This document shows positions 58,501 through 63,300 of a stretch of DNA of 64,000 nucleotides, one piece after another. The notes under the pieces are model-generated. The model made no database searches, was not told where the DNA came from, and saw only the letters and a list, made by a program, of their open reading frames with translations. Source of the DNA: an uncultured euryarchaeote (GTDB lineage Archaea; Thermoplasmatota; Poseidoniia; Poseidoniales; Poseidoniaceae); assembly GCA_937899865.1 (NCBI GenBank), contig CALBRH010000055.1:5512-69511 (forward strand), read 5' to 3'. The position numbers and the translations under genes were made by a program. Within the stretch, counting starts at the first letter, position 1. Each line of letters starts with the position of its first letter.

Positions 58501-60128
58501 TTGGTTCCGTAAATGTCGTTATCTGTTTGACAATCGGTATAGTCGCTGAAGCCACTAAACACGTGTTGTGCAGTAGATGGAGGTGTTGGTGGCATTTGAT
58601 AATCTGGAAGTGGGTTTCCTGTACAATCACCTGGATTATACATGCCATTCAAGTCTGGATCTCCTGAACTACCAAGAGTAAGTGCATAGCCGCCACATTC
58701 TTCCATAATAATTAGACCACCATAGTCTCCGAAACCTGTGTAACTGTACTTCCAATCTAGTTCATAGACTGCAGATACACTTCCAATTGGCAAGGTATTG
58801 ACACCATGGTTGAAGGTAAAATCAAATGTTGGTGAAGACTGATGGTCTCCACCCCAACTTGGATAATCGTACAAAAATCGTGAATTCCTCGAAGAATGAC
58901 AATCCTCTGCTCCAATATCACAGGTTTGGTAATTACCACCTGCAGAGTCAGTGTTGAGAGTGTTGGTACCAACTGATGGGTCGATAACTACTGGGAATGA
59001 TGTGTAGTCATCTAGCAACCAATCGATGTTAACTGCGGTTGTGATTGTTAATGTGTTAGCATCAAGAGTCATGAAATACTGAGTTGATGCTTCTAATTGT
59101 GCAAGTTTGTCTTCCTTATTGAGTTCTTCCTTAACGTTATTACTCTCTAGAGAACTATCATAGGCAAAAGGTGCCGCAATATAACCGATGACTAGTCCAG
59201 TATCGGCTTTGACGATATCGATTGCTGAATCGGTTACAAATACCTCGCCATCAGCAATAATTTGCTCACCATTGGACCATAGTTCAACATCATCAGGAAG
59301 GCCAACGGTCTCTTGCATTCCAAAGTAACCTTGGACTGAGTTACCGTCAATCTCTCGGTAGGTCTCAAGTTCATTGACTAGGGTCGTTCTAACATCGTTT
59401 GATAGTTTGTTGATAACAAAATCTTGCTTGAGTTCATTTACGCTAACATGGTATTCCATGTCAATGTTAGCGCTCATTGGATAGTTGATGCTATTACCGC
59501 CGACCTTAACATGGTCGGTAGGAGGCATGAATACGCCATCTCTAACTGGATTGATATTGGTATAAGGAACCATTATTCCATCAAGGAATGGGTCTGTACC
59601 AGTTCCCTGGAAGACTGTAACTGGAACAGGATTTAGACCTGTTACAAGAACATCTTCACCAATTAGAATTTGTGCACCATCCATAGGATTGTGACTAAAT
59701 TGTACTGGAGTGAAAATATCTTCAACGTAGTATCCATTTTCATTTGACAAAATGGTTGTATCTAAATCAATTAGTTCACCATATTGGTTTTCATAGTGTA
59801 ATGGGTTGTACGAGTGAACCGATTGCAGGTTACCGTCATCATTGATGAAGGTCTTACTGTGTGTCGTCCTCATTCCAATCATTTCTAGATCTTCATCAAA
59901 GCCAATTGATTCGGCTTCAAATGAAGTTTTTTCTATTTCAGCATCGAAATCTCCGGTGCTGTCTGTGTTAACTTCTTGCGAATCAGCTGAATCTGAATCG
60001 ATACTGTTGATATCTGAGTTGTTAACCATTGCCGCCCACGACATTAGCACCATCAAAACACACAACAGCGAAGCAATTCCTATTCCGCCAAACACGCTTT
60101 TTACATTTCTATTTCTTAGTTCTTTCAT
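43584..60128 (-). CDS. Giant mosaic surface protein (5514 aa) with C-terminal TM plus fused archaeal type IV pilin-like domain
   Basis: Uninterrupted 16.5-kb ORF. N-terminal signal anchor [20 protein letters not shown]. The ectodomain has D-x-YGDG modules, several parallel beta-helix (PbH1-like) blocks and cadherin-like repeats ([17 protein letters not shown]). These are followed by a TM helix, an acidic loop and a [17 protein letters not shown] pilin-like segment. Confidence 0.9.
   Translation of the reverse strand: [5514 protein letters not shown]
43587..44117 (-). other. Archaeal type IV pilin-like module (class III signal-type H-domain plus ~150-aa beta domain) encoded in frame at the C-terminus of the 5514-aa ORF
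   Basis: [28 protein letters not shown] is followed by ..[14 protein letters not shown]...KITVGQAQ.... This is the pattern seen at the N-terminus of DUF1628/Pilin_N archaeal pilin-like proteins (..(R/K)(G/A)[20 protein letters not shown].. then P.v.F...). It is preceded by TM 44178..44243 and acidic loop 44118..44177. Confidence 0.7.
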
Positions 60129-60252
60129 TTGTCATTCCCCCATGCGGTACCGCATGTAATGCTACCCACGCTTTAAGCCCCTTATAGGCGTTGGGGTACA
60201 TAATTTTTGAATCACTAATTCTAACCAGAGATTCTAGTAGAAATAGAATGTT

Positions 60253-60301
60253 AAAAAAAAATAAAAAAAGCCGGGAAGAGAGCCGAAACTCCCTCCCCGG
60301 C
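60253..60301 (-). terminator. Hairpin plus long oligo-T tract 3' of the 1026-aa ORF
   Basis: The sense strand reads GCCGGGGAGGGAG-TTTCGG-CTCTCTTCCCGGC, a 13-bp stem with two G-U pairs and a UUUCGG loop. It is immediately followed by TTTTTTTATTTTTTTTT. It begins 55 nt after the stop codon. Confidence 0.6.
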
Positions 60302-60356
60302 AATTATGCTAAATCCGCAGATTTAACGTGCTAATACTTTCAGTTGTTGATCAACT

Positions 60357-63300
60357 TCAGTAGTCCCATTCCTTGTCGTCGTCTTCTTCACCTTCTCCAC
60401 GAGATAGGATGAATGCTCCAACTACAAATGCAACTACTACTACTGCACCGATTACTCCCCATGTCCAGGTTGGGACACCAGAGGATGCTTCAGAATCAGT
60501 TGTTGTAGATCCATCATCAGGATTGGTATTGTCTTGAGCTCTATCATACAGAATAGAATCTGTTGAAGGACCATATGCAATGTTCATTACAGCATCGTGT
60601 GGCACGACACCAAAGTGAACCTCAGTTGTCTCAACTGTAGTATACTTTGCAATCGTTGCTTCTGTACCTTGCATTACCATAGCACATGCGTCTGCATCAA
60701 TCATAACCTTCATTTCTGTAGCAGTAAACTCACCACGGTTGTAACATACAATCCATCCAGCAACATCTTCATCGACTGCTGAAGGCTCCCAAGTAACTAC
60801 CCAGTTTTCTCCAGATTCACTAATTGTAACATCATTTGCTGTAACTGCTGCAACTGATGCATCAGATGTAACTGTTGCTGATACCGAATCTCCACAAGCA
60901 TATTGGTTGCAAAGTTGTGCTGTAACAGAATATGCTTGTCCATCAGTTCCTGATGCCCATGTAACAGAACGTGTATCGGATTCGACTCTATCATAGGTGA
61001 CATCTGGCGTTGAACCATCAGCCATTGTAACTTCGATTCTAACATTCTCATTGCTTAGAAGAGCATCGTAATTGTATGCGATTACTATGTCTCCACCCTT
61101 AGCAGCGGATGCTGTAAGTTGAGTAATTGTACCAGCAGGCGGGTTTGGAGTTTCACAATCCTCAGCAATTAGATAGAAGTTTGTTCCAGCAGGAATCAAG
61201 TCTGAACCTGCAGGGAACGAGTAAGTGTAACCTGAAGTTGATGCATCAACCTCTTCACCTGCGCCAGAAGCAACAGAAATTACAACATTACCAGCTTCCA
61301 TCCACATGTGTTGAACTCCCAAGTCGTTAGGGAAATGGACGTGCATGGTTTGCTCAACAACTGTTGAAGAATCGTAAGTTGTTGATGGATTTACAGTAAC
61401 AGATCCAACTGGAGTTGGACTGTTTGCACAGGAATCAATTTCAACTTGGTCAACAGGTCCGTCAGCAAATGTCACATCAAGTCCGCTTGCTCTAAGTTTA
61501 GCCGTGTAAACTGCATTGAAGCCATCAGCCAAACCTGTAGCCTGGAATGTCAAGTCCACCATAACATCAATAGAAATTGAAGCGTCTACGGTATTGTAGC
61601 TGTCGGTAACTTCCATTCTAACCTGGAAAGATGGAACCATTGTATCGGTTGTAGTTACAGTACAGCTGCCATCTCCACCTGTATCAGCACATAATTCAGC
61701 GCCTGAACCATCATACCATGTGAATTCTAATTTGTCGCCTTCTACATCAAATGCTTCACCAACAAATGTTACTGAATCGCCAACAACTACATCATTTCCT
61801 GTTGATTTTAGAGACAGAATATTAGGTGCGAAGTTATCAACGGTAACTCTGTAATCCCAATCGTTGTTAGATGGAACCATATCTGAAATCTTTGTATCTA
61901 GTGTAGATGAACCCTCATCATATTGTCCAACCATGTTAACTGTTGCTTCCACAACGTATTCGCCGACATCAAAATTGTGCGATGCACAAACAAAACCTAC
62001 AGGATCTGCATCAGGTGTTTTGTCAGTAGCTACACCCAAATACTGATGGGTAGCATATTCCAAATCTTCACACTCTGTTGCTTCATAGGTTGTTGAGGTA
62101 CCGGCGTCCAAATCTGTGACTGTGAATGTAACATTCCATTCATAGATAGGTGTTGATGATGAGGACGAGTGCATTACTACTGCGAACATATCATAATCGC
62201 CTGTTGAAAGAGTTTGAGAAATATCTTCTCCAATGTTTCCATATCTGTCATCCAGAGTTTCTTCAGATTCTTCCTCATCTTCACCACCTTCTCCACCAAC
62301 TACATGTGGTGCAAGATAGTAATCAAACAATGTAATGTCATGAACTGTAGTTGCAGAACCGTAGATGGATCCCAGATTGTTACCCGAATACTCATCTTCA
62401 GCATCTGTACCTGCAATTGTTCTTTCACACATTACATCTCCGCCAGCACAAGAATCGCTTACCTCATACACAGTGTATGAAAGAATAGACACTGATACTG
62501 TGTAAGTACCATCTGAAGGCGGTGTTAAAGTCATAATTGACTCTCCTGTCAGCCTATTAGTTGAATTCAATACATCATCTGCACCTATAATCATTCTTGT
62601 ACCTGTTGTTGTGACTCCATCTCCGTCATCGGTGATATCTACTGTCTTTTGGACACCTAAAATATCTGTAGCAGCATTACTGTTGAATACTAAACCACCT
62701 GTCACATCAACCTTGATTGTGGTGTTTCTAATTGTCATACCAGCCATTGAGCCTTCTAGGCTTACTGATACTTTGAAATCTACTGGGTCAGTTCCTTCAA
62801 CGGAACCAAACACATCTTCACCATCAGAGTCTAACCAAGTCAAGCCAACCTGAATATCATGGTAGTCCTTAACTGATACTCTAAAAGAAATTTCATCGTT
62901 GCCAGGATCTCCAAGTACTTGAGAGGTTACTTTAACCTCAACGAAATACTTGCCTGCGAATGGAATCCACTCTATTACATTACCAGAAGATGTTACAAGG
63001 GTTGATTCTCCGTTTGAGTCTAAGTAATCGCCTGGTGCGATAACTGAAGATTGACAAGAGTTAGGACAAACAGCGTTATCATTAGCCCATGACAAGTCAT
63101 TGCCGTTAAGATCTTGGGCAACATCTCCTCGCTGTCCTTGATCATCAATGTATACAGTAACTTGATATTGCATGTTGGTCAAATCAGCATCACCACTATT
63201 TCTCAAGTATGCCTTGAAATTTACTGGCTCTCCTGCTAACAATTCGTTAGTTGTGCCGCCACCTGTGGCGTAAATTGTCTCTCTAGGTGAAGTAACATAT

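Noticed and set aside
12438-60159. Numerous 60-118-aa ORFs antisense to, or out of frame within, the giant genes (e.g. 18250..18606, 18691..19023, 45877..46212, 55080..55430, 59842..60159, 15883..16083).
   Set aside because: They lie wholly inside much longer, repeat-structured ORFs on the other strand. Their translations are low-complexity (S/T/L/I/C-rich) with no start context or recognisable motif. Such ORFs are expected by chance opposite long coding regions.
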